A stretch of DNA of 64,000 nucleotides. Source: Octopus vulgaris (Eukaryota). Where the stretch lies: assembly GCA_951406725.2 (NCBI GenBank), contig OX597840.1, positions 12,400,001-12,464,000 on the forward strand. The letters run 5' to 3'. The position numbers and the translations under genes were made by a program. The notes under the pieces were generated by a model. It was not told the DNA's origin. It worked only from the letters and a program-made list of their open reading frames with translations, and ran no database searches. The first letter of the stretch is position 1. Every line of letters starts with the position of its first letter. This document shows, piece after piece, positions 25,735-41,366 of the stretch.

Positions 25735-26556
25735 TTGTGTGTCTGTGTTTGTCCCCCCAACATCACTTGACAACCGATGCTGGTGTGTTTACATCCCCAT
25801 AATTTAGTGGTTCGGCAAAAGAGACCGATAGAATAAGTACTAGGTTTACAAAAATAAGTCCTGGGGTCGATTTGCTCGACTAAACGCAGTGCTCCAGCAT
25901 GGCTGCAGTCAAATGACTGAAACAAGTAAAAGAGTAAAGGAGTATATGTGTGTATGTCTGTGTCTGTGATTGTCCCCCACTACTGCTTGACAACTGGTGT
26001 GTGTGTGTTTGTGACCCCCATATTTTAGCAATTTCACGAAAGAGACTGATAGAATAAGTACTAAGCTTATAAAAGATATGTACTAGGGGTCAATTCATTT
26101 GACTAAAAAAGCGAAGAGAGACAATTTCTGGGGTGAGTTCATTTGACTAAATTTCCTTAAGTCTGGGCCCCAGCATGGCCACAATCTAATGACTGAAACA
26201 GGTAAAAAATATGAGATGAAATATTTTACTGTGGCCGTGCTGGAGCACTGCTGTTTTTAGCAAGCCGAGTGACTACATAGATACAGTTCTATATTTAAGA
26301 ATATCCGTCGAATGTAAATAATGTAAATAATGACCACATTGATGTTCCCAGACCGGGCGGTGCATTGCGTTCTTGAGCAAAATATTTCATTCCTTGTTGC
26401 TCCAGTCCATTCGACCACTACCCATTTGTAAATGAATGACCTCCCGCCATGGACTGGCATCCTGTTGAAGGTTGAATGTTGTGATCTGGGTCACTTATCT
26501 GCCATGAAAACCGGACCCTATGAGTTCTAGAACTTGACACAGTAATATAGAAGGGT

Positions 26557-26750
26557 TACTCTTTTACTCTTTTACTTGTTTCAGTCATTTGACTGCGGCC
26601 ATGCTGGAGCACCGCCTTTAGTCGAGCAAATCGGCCCCGGGACTTATTCTTTGTAAGCCCAGTACTTATTCTATCGGTCTCTTTTGCCGAACCGCTAAGT
26701 GACGGGGACGTAAACACACCAGCAATGCTAGGGGGACAAACACAGACACA

Positions 26751-26792
<42 letters not shown>

Positions 26793-26963
26793 CACATATA
26801 TATGACAGGCTTCTTTCAGTTTCCATCTACCAAATCCACTCACAAGGCATTGGTCGGCCCGGGGCTATAGCAGAAGACACTTGCCCAAGATGTCACGCAG
26901 TGGGACTGAACCCGGAACCATGTGGTTGGTTAGCAAGCTACTTACCACACAGCCACTCCTGCG
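26557..26963 (-). mobile_element. SINE family A copy
   Basis: Near full-length reverse copy. Confidence 0.9.
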
Positions 26964-26974
26964 GGTTGTTAAGG

Positions 26975-27920
26975 ATTTTTTTTTGCTGCTATTTTTAGCA
27001 GTCTGAATGACCACATAGCTGTTCCTGAGTCAGGCAGTGCATTGCATTCTTGAGCAAAACACTTCATTTCATGTTGCTCCAGTTCACTCAGCTGGCAAAA
27101 ATGAGTAAACCCTGTAAGGGACCAGTGTTCCATTCAGGGAAGAATGTTGCAATCTTGATCACTCAATCACCATGGAAACTGAGTAACCGGTCCTACACTT
27201 CCACGAACTCAGATAAATTTTGCTGCTATTTCTAGCAGTCTGAATGACCACATAAATGTTCCTAGAGTGGGCAGTACAATGTGTTCTTGAGCAAAACACT
27301 TCATTTCATGTTGCTCCAGTCCACTCAGCTGGCAAAAATGAGTAACCCTGCAAGGGACCAGTGTTCCATTCAGGGAGGAATATTGCAATCTCAATCCCTC
27401 AATCACCATGGAAATAGAGTAACCGGTCCTACACTTCCACGAACTCAGATAATTTTTGCTGCTATTTCTAGCAGTCTGAATGACCACATAGATGTTCCTA
27501 GAGTGGGCAGTACAATGTGTTCTTGAGCAAAACACTTCATTTTATGTTGCTCCAGTCCACTCAGCTGGCAAAAATGAGTAAACCCTGCAAGGGACCACTC
27601 TTCCATTCATGGAGGAATATTGCAATCTTGATCACTCAATCACCATGGAAACTGAGTAACCGGTCCTACACTTTCACGAACTCAGATAAATTTTGCTGCT
27701 ATTTCTAGCAGTCCGAATGACCACATAGAGGTTCCCAAACCGGGCAGTGCATTGCAGTCTTGAGCAAAACACTTCATTCCACGTTACTCCAGTTCATTCA
27801 GCTCTACATATGTTATCCTGCAATTGACTGGTATCCCATTCAGAGAAAAATCCTGTGATCTTAGTCACTCAATCACCATGGAAACTAAGCAGCTGGTCTT
27901 ATGAACCTTCCGATTCAGAA
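26975..27920. repeat. About four tandem 236-237-bp SINE-derived units
   Basis: GTCYGAATGACC at 27001, 27238, 27474 and 27711. Confidence 0.88.
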
Positions 27921-28137
27921 CAGTCATGTAAAATAGCTTCACATCAGCAATCATTTCTCTGGCATAATGCAGTCGTATCTAATAACATCTTCGAGGATTC
28001 CCGTCTTTATTAACAATGATGTTTCATGTTTGAATTATTTGGACAATATTTTCCATTATTTAGACAATAAGGTGTTTATTTTATAGGATCTGACAGGAGT
28101 GTGCTGAAGTAGCCATATTGAATAATAACAGGATTTC

Positions 28138-28541
28138 ATTGTGTGTGTGTGTATGAATGGGCATGTGTGTGTGTGTGTGTGATTATGTGTGATTATGTGT
28201 GTGTGAGAGAGAAAAAGACTATGTGACTGTGTGTGTGTGTATGAATAGGCATATGTGTGTGATTGTGTGTGTGTGTTTGTGTGTGTGTGATTATGTGTGT
28301 GTGTGTATGAATGGGCATATGTGTGTGATTGTGTGTGATTATGTGTGTGTGTGTATGAATGGGCATATGTGTGTGATTGTGTGTGTGTGTTTGTGTCTGT
28401 GTGATTATGTGTGTGTGTGTGTGTGTGTATGAATGGGCATATGTGTGTGATTGTGTGTGTGTGTGTATGTGAGGGAGAAAGAGACTGTGTGTGACTGTGT
28501 GAGAGAGAGATGCTGTTGTGACTCGTGTGTGTGTGTGTGTA

Positions 28542-28590
<49 letters not shown>

Positions 28591-28760
28591 GAATCTTTGT
28601 ATGTGTGTGTGTGTGTGTGTGTGACTGTGCATGTGTGTGTGTGACAGAGTGTGTGTGTAAGACTGTTTGTGTGACTGAGTGTGTATGTGACTGCATGTAT
28701 GTGCATGTGAGCATGTGTGCATGTGTGTGTATGAGACTGTTTGCATGTATGTGCATGTGT

Positions 28761-28800
<40 letters not shown>

Positions 28801-28848
28801 CTGACTCTCTCTCTGTTACTGTGTGTGTTTGCATGTATGTGCATGTGT

Positions 28849-28888
<40 letters not shown>

Positions 28889-28936
28889 CTGACTCTCTCT
28901 CTGTTACTGTGTGTGTTTGCATGTATGTGCATGTGT

Positions 28937-28975
<39 letters not shown>

Positions 28976-29148
28976 ACTGACTCTCTCTGTTACTGTGTGT
29001 GTTTGCATGTATGTGCATGTGAGCATGTGTGCATGTGTGTGTGAGACTGTTTGCATGTATGTGCATGTGTGTGTGTGTATGTGTGTGTGTGTGTGTGCGA
29101 CTGACTCTCTCTCTGTTACTGTGTGTGTTTGCATGTATGTGCATGTGT

Positions 29149-29179
<31 letters not shown>

Positions 29180-29230
29180 CGACTGACTCTCTCTCTGTTA
29201 CTGTGTGTGTTTGCATGTATGTGCATGTGT

Positions 29231-29261
<31 letters not shown>

Positions 29262-29362
29262 CGACTGACTCTCTCTCTGTTACTGTGTGTGTTTGCATGT
29301 ATGTGCATGTTATCTGTGTATGAGACTCACTCTCTCTCTGACAGTTTGTATGTATGTATGTG

Positions 29363-29393
<31 letters not shown>

Positions 29394-29430
29394 CTGTAAC
29401 TCTCTCTCTCTGTGACAGTGTGTGTTTCCG
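28138..29430. repeat. Complex (GT)-based minisatellite
   Basis: Repeated GCGACTGACTCTCTCTCTGTTACT and ATGAATGGGCAT motifs between (GT)n runs. Confidence 0.9.
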
Positions 29431-29555
29431 TATGTGTGTATGATACGACTGCAACCTCAGTGAATTTGAAGCTCTTCCCATTCCCCTCTCTCCATCATGA
29501 ATCCCCCTCTATCCTCACTTCTCTCTCTCTCTCTCTCTTACCTACATAACATCTA

Positions 29556-29615
<60 letters not shown>

Positions 29616-29744
29616 AGCATTACATTTATTTTACATTTTTGTTGTTTTTATTTATTCTGTTGGAGTCTTCATCTTAGGATAAGTTTCATAAGCACTTTTA
29701 TCACCACCATCACCATGACAACGATGACGACGACAGTGACCAAG

Positions 29745-29943
29745 ACCACCTCCACCACCACCACCACCACCACTGCCTCCACCACCACCACCACCACCAC
29801 CACCACCACCACCACTGCCTCCACCACCACCACCACCACCACCACCACCACCACCACCACCACCACCACTGCCTCCACCACCACCACCACCACCACCACC
29901 ACCACCACCACCACTGCCTCCTCCACCACCACCACCACCACCA
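29745..29943. repeat. (CCA)n microsatellite with periodic CTGCCT interruptions
   Basis: Read directly from the sequence. Confidence 0.9.
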
Positions 29944-30368
29944 CATATTATAATGAACTAGACTGGGTGGGCAGTGCATTGTTCTTAAGCAAAATACTTT
30001 CTTTTATGTTGCTCCATTCCCCCTTTCAATCAGTGGGGAATGTTGGCTGGTTCACCTAGCCAGCAGGGTGGTGTCTTTTGTAGACTAAAATGATGCAAAG
30101 TGCATTGTGACAAGCGATGTGTAACAACATCTGATAGTCTGGTCAATCACATACTCTTTTACTCTTTTACTTGTTTCAGTCATTTGACTGCGGCCATGCT
30201 GGAGCACCGCCTTTAATCGAGCAAATAGACCCCAGGACTTATTCTTTGTAAGCCCAGTACTTATTCTATTGGTCTCTTTTGCCGAACCGTTAAGTGACGG
30301 GGACATAAACACACCAGCATCGGTTGTCAAGCAATGCTAGGGGGACAAACTCAGACACACAAACATAT

Positions 30369-30399
<31 letters not shown>

Positions 30400-31319
30400 C
30401 ATATATACGACAAGCTTCTTTCAGTTTCTGTCTACCAAATCCACTCAAGGCTTTGGTCAGCCCGAGGCTATAGTAGAAGACACTTGCCCAAGATGCCATG
30501 CAGTAGGACTGAACCCGGAACTATGTGGTTAGTAAGCAAGCTACTTACCACACAGCCACTCCATTATGTATATATGTGTGTGTGTGTGTTATTATTTCCT
30601 TGCTTTGGTGTTACATGATTGTTGTAAACAAGTGTCACAGTCATGTAAGCAGTGTTCACCATTTCCTGAAAGCATGTCTAGCCATGGAGAAATATTTTCT
30701 TGCTTGAAAACAGGTGAGGATGAACAACACAAAGGGCACCTGGCCGTAGGTAATCTACTTCAACAAATTCTCTCCAACCCATGTAAGCATAGAAAAGTGA
30801 ACATTAAATGATAACGATGATGAGTACAAAGAATGGATTGAGCATTCCTCTAAGGAACTCACCACTACCGTCTGTTATGATATGATCTGGGGTTACCCAA
30901 TGTTGTATTCTGGGTTTTGTGAATCTCATTTAGGAAGCTTGCAGATTCTGGTAGAGTTCGCATCAAACCAATTTTTGGTGTTCTTGTGTCTTGAATTCTA
31001 TGGTTTCAGCATTAGCAGCATCATAGAGTGTGGTGCTTAACACTTTTGATAGAAACCTGCCTGAGACTGCCTCTGGCGAGCTGGCAGAAATGTTAGCACG
31101 CCGGGCGAAACGTCTAGCGGTATTTTGTCTGCCGTTACGTTCTGAGTTCAAATTCCGCCGGGGTCGACTTTGCCTTTCATCCTTTCGGGATCGATAAATT
31201 AAGTACCAGTTACGCACTGGGGTCGATGTAATTGATTTAATCCGTTTGTCTGTCCTTGTTTGTTCCCTCTATGTTTAGCCCCTTGTGAGCAATAAACAAA
31301 TAAGAATGGGTAATAGCCG

Positions 31320-31845
31320 TAACGTTTCATTCAGAGCTGAGGAAGAAAGGAAAAAAAACCTGAGGATTAGCATAGTAAGCAGAACACAACAATTGAATTG
31401 AAATAATTGTGTGGTAAGCACAAAATATTATGATGAAATGGCAGAAACTGTGGAATTACCAAACGGTGAAAAACTGGAAATAATGTTGGAGGGGAGACCC
31501 CCAAAAGGTTACGGATGTGGTGAAAGAGGGCACCTGAGAAGGAAATGCCCTAGAGCAGCTGTGGAAATTGTGGAAGAGTGTGTTTAGGAAGATATAGTGG
31601 TGGGAATAAAGCAGAAACAGAAAACAGAACAGGATGGGGATTTTGCGGAGGTAAAACCCAGGAAAAGAGAGAGAAGAAAGTCACTGACGACAGTGGAATT
31701 GAAGAAGAGTAAAGGAATGGAAGATGAAACCCAACCCATGATGAGAAATGGAGGAAATTTACCAGTGGAAATACCAGCAAAGGGATTTAAAGTACAGAGT
31801 CATTCAGACCAGAAACAAGACAACCCAGAATTATGGAAACCTTAA
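31320..31845 (+). pseudogene. Decayed retroelement ORF1/gag-like fragment with a zinc knuckle
   Basis: From 31438: MAETVELPNGEKLEIMLEGRPPKGYGCGERGHLRRKCP (CX2CX4HX4C with the first C lost), followed by a basic low-complexity tail. Confidence 0.6.
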
Positions 31846-33060
31846 AACATAGACACAGACGAAACACGTAGAGTTACAGTCAAATGAACACACAGACTTA
31901 GAGACAAATATACAAGAACACGCAAACCAGCAGGAAAATAGAAACAAAAGAGACAACATGAAAAACACGAACAAAAAGAAAATTATAGTGAGATGGGACA
32001 CCCCAATGTAAAGGATTGTAAAGGTGAAAGACATTGTGAGAGGCAGAAGAGGTAGGTTGATATAATTTTGCAAAGAAAAATATTTAATTGAACTTTTAAG
32101 GAAAAAAGGAAAAATAAGTAAAGTTTGTAAAATGTTGCCAAAATGTTTTTAAAAAATATTGTAATAAACATTTGGTTGACTTTAGTTTAAAAAAAAGGAA
32201 AAAATATGAATAATAGTTTAAAAGGTGTATAATCGTAAAGCTAAAGTGAAAAGGGAATTCGTGGTTTCGCCTCGGAGCAAGGCTAGAGGTTGTATAAAAG
32301 TTTAAGGAAAAGGAATCCACAGATTCATCTCGTAGCGGGAGTGAGGTGGCCATCTCATTTGCATTGTAAATTATTCATTTCACATACATATGTTTTATGT
32401 TCCCGCATGTCTTTGTATGTCCCCTCTGTAATTAGACCTTGTGTCTGTAATAAAGAATTAATCTCTAATGGACAGGTGTTCACCACTGAAGATGGTCTGG
32501 TGATTCCCTTGTATGCTAGAAGGTGGCAAGGGTTCACTCCCTTGCTTGCAATATAAACCAGGTGAAGATTGCTTCAATAACCAGCTGGAGGAGACTCCTC
32601 CTGGGGTTAAAAATGGCAGTAATGTTGATTTCCATGGAACAGCCATATTGATGTGGCAATAAATATTACTTTCCAGTATACATACTACTTTTGTCTCTTA
32701 AACAGATTTTCTAACAAGCAACTTTACTTGTTTAAATTAAAATCTTCCATCAAAATAAATTTTATTACATATTTCCAAACACTAGGTTAATAACAAAGTT
32801 ATTTTAATAAATTCTTCACAATTTTCAAAATTGGTTTTAAAACAGTGTATTTCAACAAAAATACATAGGTGAAGGAGTGGCTGTGTGGTAAGTAGCTTGC
32901 TTACCAACCAAATGGTTCCAGGTTCATTTCCACTCCATGGCACCTTGGGCAAGTGTCTTCTACTATAGCCTCGGGCCGACCATAGCCTTGTGAATGGATT
33001 TGGTAGACAGAAACTGAAAGAAGTCCATTGTATATATGTATATATATACACATATGAATT

Positions 33061-33276
33061 CTTTTTCAAAATGTGACCTCGTGTGTACCCATGGCGATTT
33101 TTTTCCTTTGTCTTCCCTTCTCTGGATCTTTCCTTCTCCTATGTTTCCGACGAAGAGCTCCACTTGAAACATTAAACCCTCCTGCTTTCCTTCTTTCCTG
33201 AGCATCCAATAATACTATATTTGTTCCACGTCCTTGCATTGTTGTGTTTTTTTGTGCTTTCTTGTTTGGATTAACT
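33061..33276 (+). mobile_element. Second copy of the short HHR-bearing element; HHR at 33143-33177 (decayed)
   Basis: GTTT-CCGACGA-AGAGC tcc ACTT-GAAA-CA-TT-AAAC. Alignable end to end with 39999-40247. Confidence 0.6.
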
Positions 33277-33910
33277 GTATATATATATATGTGTGTTTGT
33301 GTGTCTGTGTTTGTCTCCCAACATCGCTAGACAACCAATGCTGGAGTGTTTACATGCCTGTAACTTAGCAGTTTGGCAACAGAGACCGATAGAATAAGTA
33401 CTAGGTTTACAAAGAATAAGTCCTGGGGTCGATTTGCTCAACTAAAGGCGATGCTCCAGCATGGCTGCAGTCAAATGGCTGAAACAAGTAAAAGAGAGTA
33501 AAAAATATGGTAACAAAAGCATTATTAATGATAGGTATTTTACTAAATTCTTCATTAATTTCAAAATGAATTGAAACAGCAGCTGTGTTCTTCAGAAAGA
33601 TCAAAATAAAAGGGTTAATAATGACAAAGTTATTTTACTAAATTCTTCAATAATTAATTGAAACAGAAGCAGTCTGTTTCAACAATATGATAGGAAAATG
33701 GTGAAGGAGAACCGTTTGTCATTCATGTGAGTTCAGGAGGTGACGAATGACCTTGAAGCTTTCAGTTTGACAGCAAGAAATCGGCAGAAGGTTTTACAAA
33801 TATTGGAGATGTTGAACTTGTGTCATTTGAGCTCCTTGATGTTATACACTCACACATACACACGCGAATGCATGCATCCACACACATTCAAGTAAGTTTT
33901 GCCTTCTAAT

Positions 33911-33945
<35 letters not shown>

Positions 33946-34172
33946 TGGTATTGTATGCATGTGTGTGTGTATGAGTGTGAACATACTGGTAGGTATGTGT
34001 ATATACATATGTATATATGTTTATATATATATGTAAATATAAAAGTAAATATATGTATATATGCATTTTCATGTGTACATATATTTGCATGTATGTGTAT
34101 GCATATGTGCATATGTGTGTATGCATATATGTATGCACATGTGTGTGAATATATATGCAAACATAGGTGTGT

Positions 34173-35364
<1,192 letters not shown>

Positions 35365-35535
35365 TATGTGTGTGTGTATGTATTATACATGTGAATGTAT
35401 AATATATATATATATATATAAACACACATACATACATACATATATATTTATTTTTTTATATATACACACATATATATTTGCAAATGCACATATTTATATA
35501 CTTCTACATAAATCATATTTATACCGTATCTATGT

Positions 35536-35566
<31 letters not shown>

Positions 35567-35964
35567 CATATATCAATGTATAATACATACACACACATGC
35601 AACTATATGTATATGTATATATGTATGTATACATAATATATTTGGGTATGTATGAATGTATGTGTGTGTGTATATATATATATACATACACATACACACA
35701 AACATATACATACATACATATACATATATATATATATATATAAATATATATATATACTCTTTTACTTGTCTCAGTCATTTGACTGCGGCCATGCTGGAGC
35801 ACCACCTTTAATCGAGCAAATCGACCCCGGAACTTATTCTTTTGTAAGCCCAGTACTTTTTCTATCGGTCTCTTTTCCTGAACCGCTAAGTGACGGGGAC
35901 ATAAACACACCAGCATCGGTTGTCAAGCAATGCTATGGGGACAAACACAGACACACAAACACAC

Positions 35965-35997
<33 letters not shown>

Positions 35998-36183
35998 CAT
36001 ATATACAACGGGCTTCTTTCAGTTTCTGTCTACCAAATCCACTCATGAGGCTTTGGTCGGCCCGAGGCTATAGTAGAAGACACTTGCCCAAGGTGCCACA
36101 CAGTGGGACTGAACCCGGAACCATGTGGTTGGTAAACAAGCCACACAGCCACTTCTGTGCCTATAAAAAAAAATCACAAAAGA

Positions 36184-36255
36184 TGCGTCGGCCGGGAGTC
36201 GGACCCGGATCGACTGCTTGGAAGGCAACCATGCTAACTGTTACACCACCGACGC
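36184..36255 (-). tRNA. tRNA-Gly(TCC) gene or recent pseudogene
   Basis: 72-nt cloverleaf GCGTCGG...CCGACGCA with anticodon loop CTTCCAA and downstream T runs. The D-loop lacks GG and the T-loop reads TCCGA. Confidence 0.85.
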
Positions 36256-37256
36256 CTCGCTATAGATATATATATATATAAATAGATATAGATACTCATA
36301 CACACACATATATTTACGTATATCCATACACACTTATATAATGTATTACAATGTCTGTAAGTATGATTTAAAGAAAGGATGGCTAGGAAAGCTAGGAAGG
36401 TAGGTATATAGACAGAAGGGGGAGTAGAAGAAGAAAGTGATGGGGAGAGATGACAGCTTAAACAAGATACCATATCTCTCCTACATGTTTATGTCTGATT
36501 GAATAAATGGTTACTTGATTATAAATGTTTGAAGTAAGTGGCCACTTTCTGTAGTTGGTATTCACACATACATGTTTGTGTGTATCTGTGTGTAGATATT
36601 TGTACATATGTGTATGTATATATATGTTTATTACTCTCTTTTTACTTGTTCTTCGTTTTATTTCAAATTAATTGAAAGAAACACAGAGCATCTAAACAGA
36701 AATATGGTAACGAAAGGGTTAAAATATATAATAGAGAAACAATTCTTAACCATTTTGATACCAACCTGCCTGAAACAGCTTCTGATTCTGTAGAACAAAT
36801 TTCTTGTTTTCAAAAGTTCTGAATTAAAATCTTCCACCAAACCTTAGTCACAATTTATGTTCTTAACACTAGCTTAATGATTACTAAGTTATTTTACTAA
36901 ATTCTTTGTTATATTTAAAATTAATTGAAAGAAACACAGAGCATCACAAAATAAATATGGTAAGAAACAGGTTAAAAGAGAAGGAAAGCAACAGTGTGAG
37001 TGCAATAAAGGAGTCTGGTGGAATGTACAGTGATAAAAAAATTATTGTTAATTTTCGGATTCCAATTCTAAATTGATTTCCATTCATGAAAGCATTCTTG
37101 GTAATTAAAAACTGTCTGCTACATAACACAAGAAAAGATGAGTAAATGTAAAACTAAGACATAATTGAAAATAAAAATGTTAAAACCATCTTATTGGGTA
37201 TTTTTCTATGGTGAGTCTGACTTGTGAAAATAACATAGTAACTGTTTCTATTTGTA

Positions 37257-37797
37257 TTGGGTTGTCCGGAAAGTTCTTGCCAATTTATAGGAGCTTACCT
37301 TTCAACTTATTTTAGAATATGGTTGAGTCCATAAAATAGGATTTCACTACACCTACATTTAGAGCACAGTTTAAGCTATCTTTTCGTTGAAGAAGGTGTA
37401 TGTTCCTATAAACTGTGTTAATTCTGTAACATGGGAGATAAGAAAGTTCATTTTCGGCACTTGATGCTTTGGGAACAAGACAAAAATTGCTGCAGCTCGG
37501 CTGGGATGTGTTACCCCACCCTCCATATTCACCAGATATTGCTCCTTCGGATTTCCTCTTATTCAGGTTTCTGCAGAATAGTCTTAATGGTAAAAATTTC
37601 AATTCCTTGGATGACTTAAAAAGACACCTTGATGAATTGTTTACCATGAAACCACCTCAATTCTGGGAAGAGGGTATTTTCAAGTTAAAGGAAAGATGGA
37701 GACGCATTGTACAACAAAATGATTCATATTTAGTTGATTAAAAATGTAATGGCAAGTATTTATTGACCTTTTTCTTTTCTTTAAATATTGGCATGAT
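37257..37797 (+). mobile_element. Internally deleted mariner
   Basis: TA-TTGGGTTGTCCGGAAAGTTC TIR; N-terminal MGDKKVHFRHLML fused to C-terminal GWDVLPHPPYSPDIAPSDF. Confidence 0.88.
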
Positions 37798-38100
37798 GAT
37801 GATGATGGTAACAATGATGATGATGATTTTGGTAATTGTTGACGACAATAAAGATTCTTTTACAAGTACTGGTTTGTCTAAATACTCTTTTACTCCTTTA
37901 TTTGCTTCAGCCATTTGAGTGTGGCCATGCTGGAGCACCACCTTTAGCCAAACAAATAAACCTCAGGACTCATTCTTTGTAAGCCTAGTACTTATTCTAT
38001 CGGTCTCTTTTGTCAAACTGCTAAGTTACGGAGTATGTAAACACACCAGCATCAGGTGTCAAGCGATGGTGGTGGTGGTGGTGGGGGACAAACACAGACA

Positions 38101-38151
<51 letters not shown>

Positions 38152-39998
38152 GACAGGTTTCTTTCAGTTTCCATCCACCAAATTTACTCACAAGGCTTTG
38201 GTCAGCCCAAGGCTGTAGTAGAAGACACTTGTCCAAGGTGCCATGCAGTAGGACTGAACCCAGAACTGTGTGGTTGGTAAGCAAGCTGCTTACCACACAG
38301 CCACTTCTGCCCTTTTCTATCTTTTTTTATCCCGTAACCCTTTTGATAAACAACTCCCTTAAACTGCTCCAGTGTCTGTGATACAAACTTCCTGTTTTGA
38401 AGTGATTTAAATTAAAACCTTCCATAAAAATTTCATATCAATGTTCCAAACATGTTCCTTTGCAATGAGTTGTTTTTCTAAATTCTTCATTAATTCCAAA
38501 ATTATTTGAAACTAGTTGTGATACCCGTGCCGGTGGCACGTAGGGCCTCACAGAAGAAATGATGAAGACCGACACTGCTGAGATATGCTGTGACTATGAA
38601 GACCCGACTAATGAAGTGAGTTCATGGCTCGCAGGACGGCCTGCTGTGCTAACCTTGGATCGAAGAGTGACCCGCTGTTCTTGAGGAGACCTATTGAGTC
38701 AAGTACGTCAACACCAACATCAAAGTATAAATCAAATGGAAATTGTAGTTAAGATACCAGTGCCAGTGACATGTAAAAAGCACCATCCGATCATGGCTGA
38801 TGCCAGCGCCGCCTGATTGGCGTCCGTGTTGGTAACACGTAAAAGCACCAACCAATCGTGGCCATTTGCCAGCCTCCTCTGGCCCCTGTGCCGGTGGCAT
38901 GTAAAAAACACCCACTACACTCACGGAGTGGTTGGTGTTAGGAAGGGCATCCAGCCACAGAAACATTGCCAGATCAGACTGGAGCCTGGTGCACCCTCCT
39001 GGCTTCCCAGACCCTGGTCGAACCGTCTAACCCATGCTATCATGGAAAACGGACGTTAAACAATGATGATGATGATGATGATGAAAGGCAGTATTTCAAA
39101 AGAAATATGGTAACAAAAGTGTTAAAGTGATCTAACTCAAAGCTTCAAAAATAGTTTACTAAATTCTTTGTTATTTCTAAAATTAATTTATTAAAAAGCA
39201 GTGTTTTCAGCAGAAATATAGTAACAAAAGTGTTAAAGTGATCTAAATTATTATTTCAATCAAAATTTCATGTCAATTTATGTTCCAAAGAACAGCTTGA
39301 TAATTGCAAAGTTATTTTACTAAATTTCCCTTTATTTTCAAAATACTGTGAAACAAGGACAGTGTTTTCCAGTAGAAATACGGATACTAAATTGTTGAGT
39401 TTGACCAAATAGTTACCTCCAAGATTGTAGTTTTCATTAACTACTACTGAAAATTTAGAAACACACAAGGAGAGAGAGGAGGAGGGAGAGAGAGTTTCTA
39501 TTTACTTCTATGTAAAAATAATTATCTGTCTGTTATTAATTCTTGCAAAGAAGTAAATAGTTCTTTGATTCAGTGAACAAAGAACTGTTATCAGTCATTC
39601 TTTTCCTCTTTTATCAGTTCTAAGCACTTACAGAAGAATTTTCTTTAATATTCTTTACTGTATTGATTTAAAAAAAAAAAAGATCTTTAATAAAAATGAG
39701 TGAATGGCCAAATACACTGATAGCATTTGAAATTATTGCACTTGATTTGTGCTAACATGACTGACAATCAGTCGAGGCAAAACTGAAATATGTACTGATT
39801 ATACACCATCAGCATAGGTGTATATGTGTGGAGGCGCAATGACTCAGTGGTTCAGTCCCACTGCGTGGCACCTTGGGCAAGTGTCTTCTACTATAGCCTC
39901 GGGCCGACTAAAGCCTTGTGAGTGGATTTGGTAGACAGAAACTGAAAGAAGCCTGTTGTATATATGTATATCTATATACATATTGTATATATGTATAT

Positions 39999-40247
39999 CC
40001 TTTCAAAATGTGACCGTGTGTGTACCGTTGGTGATTTTTTTTCCACTATCTTTCCTTCTCTGGATCTTTCCTTCTCTGGATCTTTCCTTCTCTGGATCTT
40101 TCCTTCTCCTATGTTTCTGACGAAGAGCTCCGCTTGAAACGTTAAACCCTCCTTCTTTCCTTCTTTCCTGAGCGTCCAATAATACTATATTTGTTCCACA
40201 TCCTTGCGTTGTTGTGTTTTTTTGTGCTTTCTTGTTTGGATTAACTT
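39999..40247 (+). mobile_element. Short HHR-bearing element (Penelope pLTR-like) in the TA tract of a SINE; HHR at 40113-40147
   Basis: GTTT-CTGACGA-A-GAGC tcc GCTT-GAAA-CG-TT-AAAC. Homologous copy at 33061-33276. Confidence 0.65.
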
Positions 40248-41332
40248 TATATCTATATATATATGTATGTGTGTGTATATGTGTTTGTCCCCAACATTGC
40301 TTGACAACCGATGCTGGTGTGTTTACGTCCCCGTAACTTAGCAGTTCGGCAAAAGAGACCGATAGAATAAGTACTAGGCTTACAAAGAATAAGTCCTGGG
40401 GTCGATTTACTCGACTAAAGGCGGTGCTCCAGCATAAAACCAGACTCGTGGTCATAGGATTGTGGTTTCGATTCCCAGACCGGGTGTTGTGAGTGTTTAT
40501 TGAGCGCAAAACACCTAAAGTTCCACGAGGCTCCAGCACGGGGTGGTGGCGACCCTGCTGTACTCTTCCACCACAACTTTCACTTACTTTTTCTTCTTGT
40601 TTCTGTTGTACCTGTATTTCAAAGGGCCAGCCTTGTCACACTCTGTGTCACGCTGAATCTCCCTGAAAACTACATTAACGGTTCATGTGTCTGTGGAATA
40701 CTCAGCCACTTGCACATTAATTTCATAAGCAGGCTGTTCCGTTGATCAGATCAACTGGAACCCTCATTGTTGTAACCGATGGAGTTCCACGAAGGTGTAT
40801 ATGTAGCTATATGTACAAACATGGCTGTGTGGTTAAGCACTTTCACTTCACAACCATTTGGTTTTGAGTTCAGTCCTACTGTACAGCACTTTGGGCTAGT
40901 TTCTCCTATATTGCTTTCAGTTAACAAATGCCTTGTGAGTGAATTTTGTGAATGGAAACAGATGCCTTGCTTCTTTCTTACTACATTATCACAGAGGTGA
41001 AATAATAGAGGTAAAGACTCCCTTCAGTCATGAATGACCAAGGGACTGCACTAGAAAGTTCCCCTCTGAGGCACAGGTCAGGGCAAGGTTGTTTATGGAA
41101 AACCAGCAGTTTGCCCATGCATATCAGCCTTCCCTCTTCATGCCATCGATGTTATCCAAGGGAAAGGCAAAAGGGGCTGATACAGCTTGGCACCTGTGAT
41201 GTTGCAATTCATTTCTACAGCTGAGTAAACTGGAGCAACATGAAATAAAGTGTCTTGCTCAAGAACACAACACACAGCCTGGTCTGGGAATCGAACTCAC
41301 TACCTCATGATTGTGAGCCTGAAACTCTAACC

Positions 41333-41366
<34 letters not shown>

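Noticed and set aside
28056-29481. Long His/Thr- and Cys/Val-rich ORFs
   Set aside because: Translations of a (GT)n minisatellite.
29669-30059. Mucin-like poly-Thr ORF
   Set aside because: A (CCA)n microsatellite running into repeat sequence, with no gene context.
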